From IMG/VR virus record IMGVR_UViG_2901802297_000002, positions 1 to 64,000 of that record: 64,000 bases of DNA. One strand, given 5' to 3'. The DNA is from a virus (lineage: Duplodnaviria; Caudoviricetes). Below the pieces are notes generated by a model. It had not been told where the DNA came from. It ran no database searches and saw only the letters and a list, made by a program, of their open reading frames with translations. The translations under genes were made by a program, and so were the position numbers. Position 1 is the stretch's first letter, and the number at the start of each line of letters is the position of its first letter. Below, one piece after another: positions 19,842 through 28,423 of the stretch.

Positions 19842-19894
19842 ATACACACTGATACACACTTTTTGCATTGCTCTTGGTGTGTTTTTGTGTGTAT
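19842..19894 (+). promoter_or_regulatory. hicAB promoter/operator region
   Basis: ATACACAC x2 facing GTGTGTTT/GTGTGTAT; TATGAT -10 lies 7 nt before the hicA ATG (leaderless-like). Confidence 0.6.
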
Positions 19895-19904
19895 GATTAT
19901 GTGC

Positions 19905-20093
19905 ATGGACAGCAGAGAGATCATCAAGAAGATCAAGGCAGATGGCTGGTATCTTGTCGCCACGAAAGGCAGTCATCAGCAGTTCAAGCACCCGACAAAA
20001 CCCGGTCGGGTAACGGTGCCTCACCCTAAGCGGGATCTTCCACTCGGCACTCTGCGGAGCGTAGAGAAACAATCAGGGGTCAAACTGAAATGA
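19905..20093 (+). CDS. hicA: HicA family mRNA interferase toxin
   Basis: 62 aa; DGW...KGSHQQFKHP...VTVPHPKRDLP.GT. Confidence 0.93.
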   Translation: MDSREIIKKIKADGWYLVATKGSHQQFKHPTKPGRVTVPHPKRDLPLGTLRSVEKQSGVKLK

Positions 20094-20479
20094 GCGACTA
20101 TATCGCGATCATCCACAAAGAGCCCGAAAGTGATTTCGGGGTCAGCTTTCCAGATTTTCCCGGCTGCATCACAGCAGGCTCTTCATTGGAAGAAGCCCGG
20201 AAAATGGCCCAGGAAGCCTTGGAATTCCATATCTCTGGCATGACAGAAGATGGTGAGCCCATCCCTGCGCCATCGCCTTTGGATAAGGTCATGCAGGATC
20301 CGAACTTTGCTCAAGGTGTCGCCTTCATGGTTCATGTTCGGCTGCCTTCCAAAGCCGTGCGTGTGAACGTCACGTTGGATGAAAGCCTTGTGTCCGCCAT
20401 TGCAGCTGTCAGCAAAAACCGCTCCAAATTTCTGGCTGAAGCCGCATGGGAAAAACTGAACCGTAATCAGGCTGTATAA
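20090..20479 (+). CDS. hicB: HicB family antitoxin
   Basis: FGVSFPDFPGCITAG...EA; C-terminal RHH (RVNVTLDE...NRSKFL). Confidence 0.93.
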   Translation: MSDYIAIIHKEPESDFGVSFPDFPGCITAGSSLEEARKMAQEALEFHISGMTEDGEPIPAPSPLDKVMQDPNFAQGVAFMVHVRLPSKAVRVNVTLDESLVSAIAAVSKNRSKFLAEAAWEKLNRNQAV

Positions 20480-20492
20480 GCCTGCTTACCGC

Positions 20493-20822
20493 TCAATATT
20501 CCTGCTTATATCGCTCTGCCCGCGCCCGTGCGGTCTTGGCGGTATGGCAGGATCCGCAGAGCAACTGGACGTTGTTCTCGTCTAGCGGTGCGCCGCCGTC
20601 CTTCAGCTCCTGAATGTGATCCCCAAAGAGCCGCGTGCCGGTGCGGCCGCACTGTTCACAGCAATGAGGCCGCTTGCGCTTGATGGATGCCATCAGGGCA
20701 CGCCACTCACGGCTAGTATAAAAGCCGTCAGCGCGTTTGGGTGGCTCTTTGGCTATGCTGGTATCCAGAACGCCTACAAGCGGCCTCATGCACGTCAGAA
20801 CGGCTTTCTTGCGGCTGCTCAT
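20493..20822 (-). CDS. Packaging-associated HNH endonuclease
   Basis: FYTSREWR, CxxC, DHI, N..LLC.SCH..KT. Confidence 0.9.
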   Translation of the reverse strand: MSSRKKAVLTCMRPLVGVLDTSIAKEPPKRADGFYTSREWRALMASIKRKRPHCCEQCGRTGTRLFGDHIQELKDGGAPLDENNVQLLCGSCHTAKTARARAERYKQEY

Positions 20823-21451
20823 GTGGTGGCCACGTCAAGCTTGGACAGGTCAAACGTTACCAGCTCCCACTTGGCATCTGGCGATGGCCGCCGGTGCAGC
20901 CGCACGTAGTCCTTGGTCACATCCACGCGCACGCTGTCAGAAATCGCCTGCATGCCGCGCTGCCATTCCTCATCGTCAATCTCCAGACGCCGCAGCGCGA
21001 GGATCTTGCCAACGTTCATGCTGCCCTGCTTGTCTACGTCAAACGCATCCAGCACCACAGCTTTCAGATTGGCGTTGGCACCTTCAGACCAGCGGTTCAG
21101 GCAACCATGGATCAGCGTTTGCGCCGCCTGAATTTCAGGGCCAAACGAAATGACGTTGCCGACCGCCACAGTCACGCGCAGCGTGCCATCATAGCTGGTC
21201 AGGGTAACGTTGCCTTTCTCGCTGCCCAGCTTGGTGCTGTATTGCTCGGCCACCAGATCCAGAAAGGCGTTGATCTCCGCAAAGCAGAGCCGCTTGAAAT
21301 CCATCATGAACTGCCGCACCGGCTCGGCTTCATGGTGCAAACGGCGCACCAGCTCATCTTGCAGCTTGTCAGATGGTCGGACATTCGCTTCCGGCACCAA
21401 GCGCCCGCGACTGTCCTGCATGAAACCGTCAGGCACGGTTTGCATTGTCAT
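20819..21451 (-). CDS. DUF3164-like phage protein
   Basis: D.RGRLVP...D.LQDE, KGNVTLTSYDG, AF.VDK.G motifs. Confidence 0.8.
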   Translation of the reverse strand: MTMQTVPDGFMQDSRGRLVPEANVRPSDKLQDELVRRLHHEAEPVRQFMMDFKRLCFAEINAFLDLVAEQYSTKLGSEKGNVTLTSYDGTLRVTVAVGNVISFGPEIQAAQTLIHGCLNRWSEGANANLKAVVLDAFDVDKQGSMNVGKILALRRLEIDDEEWQRGMQAISDSVRVDVTKDYVRLHRRPSPDAKWELVTFDLSKLDVATT

Positions 21452-21488
21452 TCTCCATCGTTGTCAGAAACGCCCGCGCCGGTTGGCG

Positions 21489-22364
21489 TCAGGCCAGAAG
21501 GTCAGCGCCCGCAGCATCTGCGCTGGCGTGGCTGTATCGTGTTGTCGTGGCCAGCGAACTGTGGCCAAGCTGGGCCTGCACCCAATGCACCGGCTGCCCC
21601 GCGTCCAACTGGTGTGACGCAAAAGCATGGCGCAGCCAGTGAGCAGAGACATCAGGCGGCAGGCCCGCTCGTTTTGCGGCCCGCTTCACAACGCGATCCA
21701 CAGCGCGTTCATGAAGCAGGCCGCCATCGTGGCCGGGGATAACGGGCGCATCTGGCCCGACATCAGACCGCACAGCCGCGATCTCTTTCCACAACGATGG
21801 TGAAACCTGCACATGGCGGGTTTTGCCACCTTTGCCGAAAACCGTTGCAATGCCGCCCGATTGGCGGCGTGTCATATCGCGCCAGCGTAACGCGCAGGCT
21901 TCTGAAATCCGCAGGCCGGTGCCGTAAAGCAGCGCCAGCAACGCATGGCGGCGCGGATCCTTCTCACCCGCCAGCATGGCTAACACCTGCTGGCGCGAAA
22001 GAATGCGCTCATTCAGATTGTCGCGGCCACGCTCCATGCGGAACGCAGCGCCCGCATCCTGCGGTAGAAAGCCCAGCTTGTGGCCGTAGGTCAGCAGCGA
22101 TTTCACGGCGCTGATCTTGCGCCGGCGCGTGCTGTCCGCCGCATCGGCCATGCTGTCGTTCCATGCCTGAATGTCAGCCAGGGCAACATCTGCCATCGGC
22201 TTGGCAACAAAACGGGCGAACTCCGCAACATTGGTGCGATAGGCCCGCACCGTGTTGCTGCTGCGGTTGTGCAGCCACGTTTTGACCAGCGGAAGATCCG
22301 CACGGTGAATGCCATCATCTGGCACTGCTGGCGCGGCTGATCTGGGCTGATCACCGCTAACCAT
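21489..22364 (-). CDS. Tyrosine recombinase (resolvase-like, XerC/D family)
   Basis: TGLRISE, GKGGK, HWLRHAFASH, LGHSSLATTTRY: catalytic set complete. Confidence 0.9.
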   Translation of the reverse strand: MVSGDQPRSAAPAVPDDGIHRADLPLVKTWLHNRSSNTVRAYRTNVAEFARFVAKPMADVALADIQAWNDSMADAADSTRRRKISAVKSLLTYGHKLGFLPQDAGAAFRMERGRDNLNERILSRQQVLAMLAGEKDPRRHALLALLYGTGLRISEACALRWRDMTRRQSGGIATVFGKGGKTRHVQVSPSLWKEIAAVRSDVGPDAPVIPGHDGGLLHERAVDRVVKRAAKRAGLPPDVSAHWLRHAFASHQLDAGQPVHWVQAQLGHSSLATTTRYSHASADAAGADLLA

Positions 22365-22406
22365 TTGATTTCCCTATATTATCGGGTCACTTCCAACCCT
22401 CAAAAT

Positions 22407-22509
22407 CCGTCAGATAACAGATATTATCTGACGGGTTTGGGGGGTGTTCTGCGGGTTATCTGACACCTTGGCAGGTATGCCGTGTCAGATAATACCGCGT
22501 TATCATGAC
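22407..22509. other. res/dif-like recombination site with accessory subsites
   Basis: CCGTCAGATAA-N6-TTATCTGACGG (22407-22434) plus further GTCAGATAA half-sites at 22456, 22484 and a variant at 22500. Confidence 0.75.
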
Positions 22510-22514
22510 GCTTT

Positions 22515-22664
22515 TTACTGACATGCCTGAATGATTGCAGCCATGCCAGGCAATGCTTTTGCAACTGCAAATGCCAGAGCAACCAGCACAAGAGCAACAA
22601 AGCGCCATGCTTTGAGATCATTCATCACTTGTACCAAACGCCAGAGATCTTTAAGATCAGGCAT
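22515..22664 (-). CDS. Small single-TM peptide (49 aa)
   Basis: AGGA RBS; hydrophobic FVALVLVALAFAVAKALPGM; strong hairpin at 22699-22733 upstream. Confidence 0.6.
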   Translation of the reverse strand: MPDLKDLWRLVQVMNDLKAWRFVALVLVALAFAVAKALPGMAAIIQACQ

Positions 22665-22734
22665 GTTCATTCCTGGAAAGGTCAGGGGTGGATACAAGAA
22701 ACCCCCGCGCTGCTCGAACAGCCGGGGGTTTCGC

Positions 22735-23145
22735 TTAATCGGATGGAGCACCGCCAACCTTGCGGCCGCAATCGCCCCATTTTGGCCCGCACCATGTTGT
22801 TTCCATCACGCCGGGTGGCAACTTCTCCACTGTGCGGGAAGCATGTTCTTTGCGTAGCGCGGCATCAATGCGCTGCATGTCGTGCTCAGCATACACCGCA
22901 CCCGCTGGCAGTTCGCGCAGCGATTGCAGGTGGCCATATTTTTCGCATGCAAGGGCATCACATCGGGCAACCGTATTTTTCAGGCTACCAATGGCCCGCA
23001 AAATCACATCAGCCCGATGCCGTGGCAAACAATCTGGAACCATGCGCACGCAATGCGCCACATTTCCATCTGCCGAAACGACTAGAACAATCTTCTTCCC
23101 GCGCAGCAGAACAGCACCACGGCAGATCTTCTGCCAGTGTTTCAT
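22735..23145 (-). CDS. Hypothetical protein, possibly degenerate PemK/MazF fold
   Basis: VLVVS, ARCDAL, MQRIDAAL pattern. Confidence 0.55.
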   Translation of the reverse strand: MKHWQKICRGAVLLRGKKIVLVVSADGNVAHCVRMVPDCLPRHRADVILRAIGSLKNTVARCDALACEKYGHLQSLRELPAGAVYAEHDMQRIDAALRKEHASRTVEKLPPGVMETTWCGPKWGDCGRKVGGAPSD

Positions 23146-23244
23146 GCGTTCAGCTTTTCAGAAGATACAAAAAAAGCCGTGGCCCAGATGGACACACGAC
23201 TTCGACTATTTTGACAATTTAAACGCGAAAGCTGCCGCAAGCAA

Positions 23245-23736
23245 CTATTTATTGAACCAGAGCTGCCCTGGCATATCTGTATAAAGGTCAGCCAGTTGCT
23301 CCAGGCAGAAATCAATGGCACCGGCTATACGCTCTCGCCGCTTGCCATGCTTTTCAGACATTTTCTGCACAGAAAGACCATTTACCATTAAATCTGTCAG
23401 AAATTTCTCGCCTAGCGGCCCCATATGCTTCCGAATATATCGGCAGCGGTCAGCTGCACGAATACGCGCAATCAAGGCGTTTTCTGGATCTGGCTTTCCA
23501 CATTGTTTTGATGCGTCTGGATCCCGCGCACCTAAAAGGCCGGTTTCATAATCCTGCGCCCACTGTTCTGCTGCCGCAACTTGCGCATCTGACAACGTGC
23601 CAGACTTCTGCAACGCATAAACCGCGCCCGATGAACGCAGGCGCGGCTGTTCTGATTTACAAACCGGATCTTTAATATAGACGCTGGTGATATCGCCTTT
23701 TTCTAGGCGCTCCGGCGTGGGAGGTAGTTCTTGCAT
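23245..23736 (-). CDS. Putative late-gene regulator (DUF6456-like, sigma-region-4-like HTH)
   Basis: PTPER N-terminus, L...G.LS..Q..AA, C-terminal HTH; Q-like position. Confidence 0.6.
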   Translation of the reverse strand: MQELPPTPERLEKGDITSVYIKDPVCKSEQPRLRSSGAVYALQKSGTLSDAQVAAAEQWAQDYETGLLGARDPDASKQCGKPDPENALIARIRAADRCRYIRKHMGPLGEKFLTDLMVNGLSVQKMSEKHGKRRERIAGAIDFCLEQLADLYTDMPGQLWFNK

Positions 23737-23966
23737 GTTGCAGCCCCGCGTTTTTGTGCATATCTTCCTCTGGCATCACGGGGACGGTCATTCTCGTAAT
23801 CGGACAAGCGGCGTGTCAGAGTGGTGACTTCCAATTCAGCCTCTGCACGCCGTTTTTGTTCCTGGGCCAGCTTGGCCCGCAGGTCTTCCATTGCATCAAT
23901 CGGGTTGGGCTTGCCTTCGGCCTTCAACCGCAGGTTTCTCAAAAGCTGCGTGAAGCACCCGCTCAT
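23703..23966 (-). CDS. Hypothetical coiled-coil protein
   Basis: ATGA-coupled; RPRDARGRY motif. Confidence 0.6.
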   Translation of the reverse strand: MSGCFTQLLRNLRLKAEGKPNPIDAMEDLRAKLAQEQKRRAEAELEVTTLTRRLSDYENDRPRDARGRYAQKRGAATCKNYLPRRSA

Positions 23967-25153
23967 GCTGCTTTTGCTTCCGTGTTCTGGGAATTAGCGC
24001 GGTAATACGCGGCATATTCTTCCGCATTGCGCCTTACATGCGCAGGCGGCAGACCATGTGCTTTGGCCTGTTCATTGAATAGGCGCGAACATTTTGTGAA
24101 ACTGCTGTCCTGCTTGAAAAGCGATGCCCACAGCCTGTTTGCTTCCTGAGCTTTCTTCCGGGCCTTAGCCATCTCCGGATCTTCCGCGATGGGCGCTTTA
24201 TCTTGCGCCCTAAATTCATCCAGATCCTGATTGGCCAAGGCGTTTGCCATAGGCTTCACAAACCCGCCCAGATGCTCAACCTTTTTCCCCAGATCACGAT
24301 ATTTCTGCACCGTTTCATGAATTGTGCGGATAATCAGATCTTCAGAAGCCCCGGCATTGAGCCATTCCTTGGCATAACGCATTGCATGAAGGGCCTGGTC
24401 TTTCCGGTTTTCATCAAAAGCCCGGATAATGCTGTAAGCCACCCGCTTGATCTCGGCATCGGGAATGCTGGGTTCTGGGTTTTGGGTTTCGCCAGTAGAG
24501 GAAGAATTAGGTTTATATATATTATTACTCTTCTCTACTGTAGAACCCACGGAACCCAGATTATCCGAAACCGAAACCTGTTGGGTTTCTTGCGTGGGTT
24601 TCTGTGCTGCGGCATTTCCCCCCGCAATAGGCATCATCATGTTCTGCTGGGCACGCTGTGCCGCCTGTTCTCGCTCCTTGCGTGCGTAATATTCTTCGTC
24701 TGACTCGCCTTTGCGTTTCCGGCCGCCCTTTTTGCCGTTTTCACGGGCTGACATAGCCTTGCGGCTTAGACCAGGCGGCACATCACCGCTTTCCTGCTTC
24801 TGCTGCCAGTCTGCATCCGCTGTAGCTGTGCGGGTAGCGCGTTCCTCACGCCGTAGCAGCCGGTCATACATAACAGTGCTGAACAGCGCATTTTCATCAT
24901 CACGCGCCAGCATGCCACGGGCAATCATCTGCGGCAGGTTGCGTTCCAGCTCATCGGCCTGCAATCCGGCCTGTTTGGCAATTTCCGTATCATTCAAAAC
25001 CAGTGTGCCAGCACGAAACACGCAAGAACGCATTTCCTTCAGCGCATCCAGCAGCTTGTCCAGCACGCCGCGCATTTCGCACGGTGCTGAACGCAAGGTT
25101 TTTGGTGATGGTATTTGGCTGCGGTCAAATTCCGCAATGTTGGGGCATATCAT
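23963..25153 (-). CDS. Replication initiator protein
   Basis: N-terminal winged-helix-like region, RENGKKGGR motif, internal iteron cluster. Confidence 0.7.
   Translation of the reverse strand: MICPNIAEFDRSQIPSPKTLRSAPCEMRGVLDKLLDALKEMRSCVFRAGTLVLNDTEIAKQAGLQADELERNLPQMIARGMLARDDENALFSTVMYDRLLRREERATRTATADADWQQKQESGDVPPGLSRKAMSARENGKKGGRKRKGESDEEYYARKEREQAAQRAQQNMMMPIAGGNAAAQKPTQETQQVSVSDNLGSVGSTVEKSNNIYKPNSSSTGETQNPEPSIPDAEIKRVAYSIIRAFDENRKDQALHAMRYAKEWLNAGASEDLIIRTIHETVQKYRDLGKKVEHLGGFVKPMANALANQDLDEFRAQDKAPIAEDPEMAKARKKAQEANRLWASLFKQDSSFTKCSRLFNEQAKAHGLPPAHVRRNAEEYAAYYRANSQNTEAKAA
24469..24602. repeat. Iteron-like repeats (probable replication origin)
   Basis: About nine TGGGTT/GAA(A)CC copies in both orientations around an AT-rich core within the rep gene. 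Confidence 0.7.
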
Positions 25154-25575
25154 GCTGCCGCGCTCCTTGCCGCATACATGTACAGCTTTGCTCTCCTAAT
25201 ACCGACAACGCGCAGCAATGCTTTGGAAAGCCGCCTGCGGTCATTCATCATATTGGAAAGGTGTTTGATATTTAGGCTGTGCAACCGCGCAAAAGCCGAA
25301 TTGCCGCCAGCCTGCCTTATTGCTGTATTCAGTTTTGAATACACTTCCAGCATGGGCAGGATGTTGCCATCCACATCCACATACCGTTCAACTTCAATCA
25401 GGCCCAACGCTGCCAGCAGTTCATCATTCAGCCTGCGGCGTGCATTGGCCATGTTAGACAGTGTTTTGTCGTTCAGGCCCAACATGCGGGCAAAAGCCGA
25501 ATTGCCACCGGCTTTGCGCATGCGTGTATTCAAAAATGAATACACCGCCTCAAGATCAAAAAACACGTCAGCCAT
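25150..25575 (-). CDS. Tandem double-HTH protein
   Basis: Two ~63-aa repeats (AGGNSAFAR...LSNM...RRRL...LL..G). Confidence 0.75.
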   Translation of the reverse strand: MADVFFDLEAVYSFLNTRMRKAGGNSAFARMLGLNDKTLSNMANARRRLNDELLAALGLIEVERYVDVDGNILPMLEVYSKLNTAIRQAGGNSAFARLHSLNIKHLSNMMNDRRRLSKALLRVVGIRRAKLYMYAARSAAA

Positions 25576-26072
25576 CAGAAGCCACTAGCCTCTTGCGGAA
25601 AGGTCACCTGCAATGGCTTGCCTTCTGCAATGATCTTATGAGCTGTGGATTCAATATGATGCAGCGATGTGCGGGCACGTTGCGCATATGTGAGAATTTC
25701 TTGCGCTTCCTGCACATCCACGTTGCCATCCGCCATGCTCTCGAAGCCCTTTTGCAGAACCTCACTGGTGGCCTTGGCAAACTTACCCATATCGTGTGGC
25801 AGTGGGCCGCTTCCGAATTTAACCGGAACCAGAGCAAAGCCCTCTGCATTAGCCATTTCTGAAAGCAGAATGGGCTGCTCCGCACATCTGTCCAGATCTA
25901 TGGCAACGTCTAGTGGAATAACGGTTGGCTGATGCCGGCTGGCATAGGCTTCCAGCTGAGATTTCTGCACGCGCGTAAAACCGGCCGCAGCACGAAAATC
26001 TCCAACAGCTTCAACCGCATGTTTTGTGGCTGTTTTGATGGACGCCAGAAAGCGATTAGAAAATGGTGTCAT
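25575..26072 (-). CDS. Phage regulatory protein, CII-like
   Basis: IPLDVAIDLD...PILL.EMA..EGFALVP; SMADG.VD..EA. Confidence 0.7.
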   Translation of the reverse strand: MTPFSNRFLASIKTATKHAVEAVGDFRAAAGFTRVQKSQLEAYASRHQPTVIPLDVAIDLDRCAEQPILLSEMANAEGFALVPVKFGSGPLPHDMGKFAKATSEVLQKGFESMADGNVDVQEAQEILTYAQRARTSLHHIESTAHKIIAEGKPLQVTFPQEASGF

Positions 26073-26380
26073 GCCGCGGCATTCCTCAACACCAACACAC
26101 GCTGCATTTCACACAGAATTTCCTGCATTAGAGGCATTGCCGCAAGGAGTGCATCAGCCATGCCAAGCAACATCATGCATTGCATCTGCTCTGCATTTGT
26201 ATTCACTTTTGAAGAATTGCGGCACTGTTTCGTGCCCCAATCTACATCATGACCACCACGGGAATCAGTGAAAACGCTGGAAAGAAGATCTGCACGCCGC
26301 GCCTGCAGATCCTTCCGTATATCCAAAGTCCGGCGGCACAGATCGTCTAGATCTTTCATATCCTTACTGAAGAAGCTCAT
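26069..26380 (-). CDS. Hypothetical protein
   Basis: ATGA overlaps at both ends; ends in AAA. Confidence 0.55.
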   Translation of the reverse strand: MSFFSKDMKDLDDLCRRTLDIRKDLQARRADLLSSVFTDSRGGHDVDWGTKQCRNSSKVNTNAEQMQCMMLLGMADALLAAMPLMQEILCEMQRVLVLRNAAA

Positions 26381-26634
26381 GGCGTAAAAAACGCCTTCAG
26401 GCGTGCAAACGTAGGGCAATACAATTTCGGAAAACCGAAAACCCTCACATGGCGCACAAAATCGCGCAGTCTGGGGTAGTAAAAACAAACCGTAACGTCT
26501 TCGCTTTGCCCAAACTTTTGTATGGAAATCTCAGTTATAGCCACACCTAGCAAAAGCCGTGTGTCAGGCTGCATTCGCAGGCTATACCATGGGGCAGAAC
26601 GCAGCCAGAAACGTAGTTCATTCAGCATGATCAA
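26377..26634 (-). CDS. Hypothetical protein
   Basis: ATGA-coupled on both sides. Confidence 0.5.
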   Translation of the reverse strand: MIMLNELRFWLRSAPWYSLRMQPDTRLLLGVAITEISIQKFGQSEDVTVCFYYPRLRDFVRHVRVFGFPKLYCPTFARLKAFFTP

Positions 26635-27140
26635 CCTGCCTGCGTCTCGTCTTGAGCAGGAACGCCAACGGTAAATTCATGCCGGTTGAGTGTACCAATA
26701 TCTTCGGGCCGAAGCGGTTTTTCCAGCCCATACACAGTCGCCAAACAACCTCTGGCCCTATCCTGATAATCCACACCCATAACGTGATCACAAGACATTG
26801 TGGGCCATGCGTTTTGAGCCAAATCACGCAGCTGATACCGAAATTCCTTATTGGCATCAGCGCCATTCTGGAACTCCTGCATGATGTAAAGCAAACGGGC
26901 CAATAGCCATGTTTGTTTGGCATCCAGTTCCAGCACGGTTGCATCTTGTGAAGCATTGTTCACCTGGAGCAATGAGCTGCCGCAATCTGCCACGCTGATC
27001 ATGCAAATCGGATCAACGTCTCTTGAATTGCGCTTCTGGGAATCACTCATGCCTTCACTCCCGGCATTATGTAAAAGTGCCTTGGCTTCCTCCAAAATAC
27101 GATTTAATTCGGCCCCCAATACTTTATGGCAATCAATCAT
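26631..27140 (-). CDS. Hypothetical protein (MIDCH...)
   Basis: ATGA overlap with upstream ORF at a repeated junction. Confidence 0.55.
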   Translation of the reverse strand: MIDCHKVLGAELNRILEEAKALLHNAGSEGMSDSQKRNSRDVDPICMISVADCGSSLLQVNNASQDATVLELDAKQTWLLARLLYIMQEFQNGADANKEFRYQLRDLAQNAWPTMSCDHVMGVDYQDRARGCLATVYGLEKPLRPEDIGTLNRHEFTVGVPAQDETQAG

Positions 27141-27628
27141 GCTGCAACACCAGCATTTGCATTTTGCGGGCAATCTGTAGTGCGGGCAGCGGCGTTGTCG
27201 CCCCTGCCCGCTTCGTCCATCATGTGCTTCCCCAAACCATGAGAGGACGAATTCTTATGAAGCCGACTACGGAAGAACTGGAACGCCGCATTTCCGAACT
27301 GGAGCGTACGCAGGCCAAGATTTTGGAAGCCCTTAAAGGTGCCAACATTCTCATTCCCGGCCTGAACGCCCCGGTCGAAGAAGGAAGTATTTACGATAGA
27401 ACTGACATCTGGAAGGACTGAAGATCCAGTCTTCACGTAAGCAACCAAGCGGGCAGCCCCAACTTCCATGCTGTCCCATGATTTAGGCATGGGGTGCGGG
27501 CTGAGCAGAATTGTCTGCAAGGCCCATTTGCGCAGGGCTTGCTCATTGCTCAAACCTTCGCCCCGGACACCATCCGCGTGACGGCTTCCGGCCTCTGCGG
27601 CATGGTTGGTTTCATGGGAATCAGTCAT
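27137..27628 (-). CDS. Hypothetical protein (MTDSH...HADGVR) spanning an antisense gene
   Basis: GGAG RBS and ATGA coupling; N-terminus paralogous to 27956-28423. Confidence 0.5.
   Translation of the reverse strand: MTDSHETNHAAEAGSRHADGVRGEGLSNEQALRKWALQTILLSPHPMPKSWDSMEVGAARLVAYVKTGSSVLPDVSSIVNTSFFDRGVQAGNENVGTFKGFQNLGLRTLQFGNAAFQFFRSRLHKNSSSHGLGKHMMDEAGRGDNAAARTTDCPQNANAGVAA
27182..27223 (+). promoter_or_regulatory. Hairpin-embedded sigma70-type promoter
   Basis: TTGTCG-17-CATCAT; the -35 starts in the loop of hairpin 27182-27211. Confidence 0.6.
27257..27421 (+). CDS. Antisense mini-gene (54 aa, coiled coil)
   Basis: GAGGA RBS; MKPTTEELERRISELERTQ... Confidence 0.65.
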   Translation: MKPTTEELERRISELERTQAKILEALKGANILIPGLNAPVEEGSIYDRTDIWKD

Positions 27629-27677
27629 GCCGTAACTCCAGCATTCGCATTTTCAGGGGATCGCACCGTGAAGGAAT

Positions 27678-27717
27678 CGGGCGACACGTTGTCATGCCGC
27701 CCGCCATCGTCCATTGT
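27678..27717 (+). promoter_or_regulatory. Hairpin-embedded sigma70-type promoter
   Basis: TTGTCA-17-CATTGT; hairpin 27678-27703. Confidence 0.6.
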
Positions 27718-27752
27718 TTATTTGTCCAAAAAACAAATGGAGACGATTTCTT

Positions 27753-27959
27753 ATGCAGGATGAAAATACCAAGATGCTCAAAGAGCAGGTGCGCATTCTT
27801 CAGGGCGTTGTAAACGCATTGCTGCGCAAACTTCCTGCCAGTGAACTGGAGGATGTTCGCCGTATTGCCGAAGAATACGCCACAGGCTTTCGGGTAGAAG
27901 ACCCCATTACCCACCGCGCTCTGGATGATATTTTCAAACGCACACATCTAGATAATTAA
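27753..27959 (+). CDS. Antisense mini-gene (68 aa)
   Basis: GGAGA RBS; same GACGA.TTCTTATG leader as the 27257 gene. Confidence 0.65.
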   Translation: MQDENTKMLKEQVRILQGVVNALLRKLPASELEDVRRIAEEYATGFRVEDPITHRALDDIFKRTHLDN

Positions 27960-28423
27960 CCGCGCTCAGGAAACGCACGATTTCGCGCCATAAGCAGGCA
28001 TCCAACAGAAGCCTGCGCCGCACGGTCGTGTGTTTTCCTGCCAAGTCCAGCGGCAGTTTTGCCTGCATATTTTATTGCCAGATCCGGGCGGCAATGGCGC
28101 ATTAGCGCCAGAATGCCCTCTTCCAGAATGTGCAGGCGCCGTTCCTTTTCAACCAAAAACGCTCTTACCGGCTCAATCTGCCGAAGTTCGGCTTCTGTTT
28201 TTTCCAGATCAGAACGGCAATCTGCCAGCATGATCTTGAGCATTTCTGCCGTGAAAGACGGCCCATCTTCCAGCGGTTCATTTACAGCAAGGCCAGATGC
28301 AAACGTGTCCTGGTCAAACTGCTTTGCTTCTATTTCGGGAATCCCAAGCTTTTCGCTCCGGACACCATCCGCGTGACTGTGCGTACCGTGATTGGTAGCT
28401 TCATCGTTATGGGAATCAGTCAT
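27956..28423 (-). CDS. Hypothetical coiled-coil protein (MTDSH...)
   Basis: ATGA-coupled to cro. Confidence 0.6.
   Translation of the reverse strand: MTDSHNDEATNHGTHSHADGVRSEKLGIPEIEAKQFDQDTFASGLAVNEPLEDGPSFTAEMLKIMLADCRSDLEKTEAELRQIEPVRAFLVEKERRLHILEEGILALMRHCRPDLAIKYAGKTAAGLGRKTHDRAAQASVGCLLMARNRAFPERG

Noticed and set aside
18978-20093. 371-aa plus-strand ORF ending in HicA
   Set aside because: The first ~310 codons are the antisense shadow of terL/terS and intergenic DNA. Only the last 62 aa are HicA, which has its own promoter.
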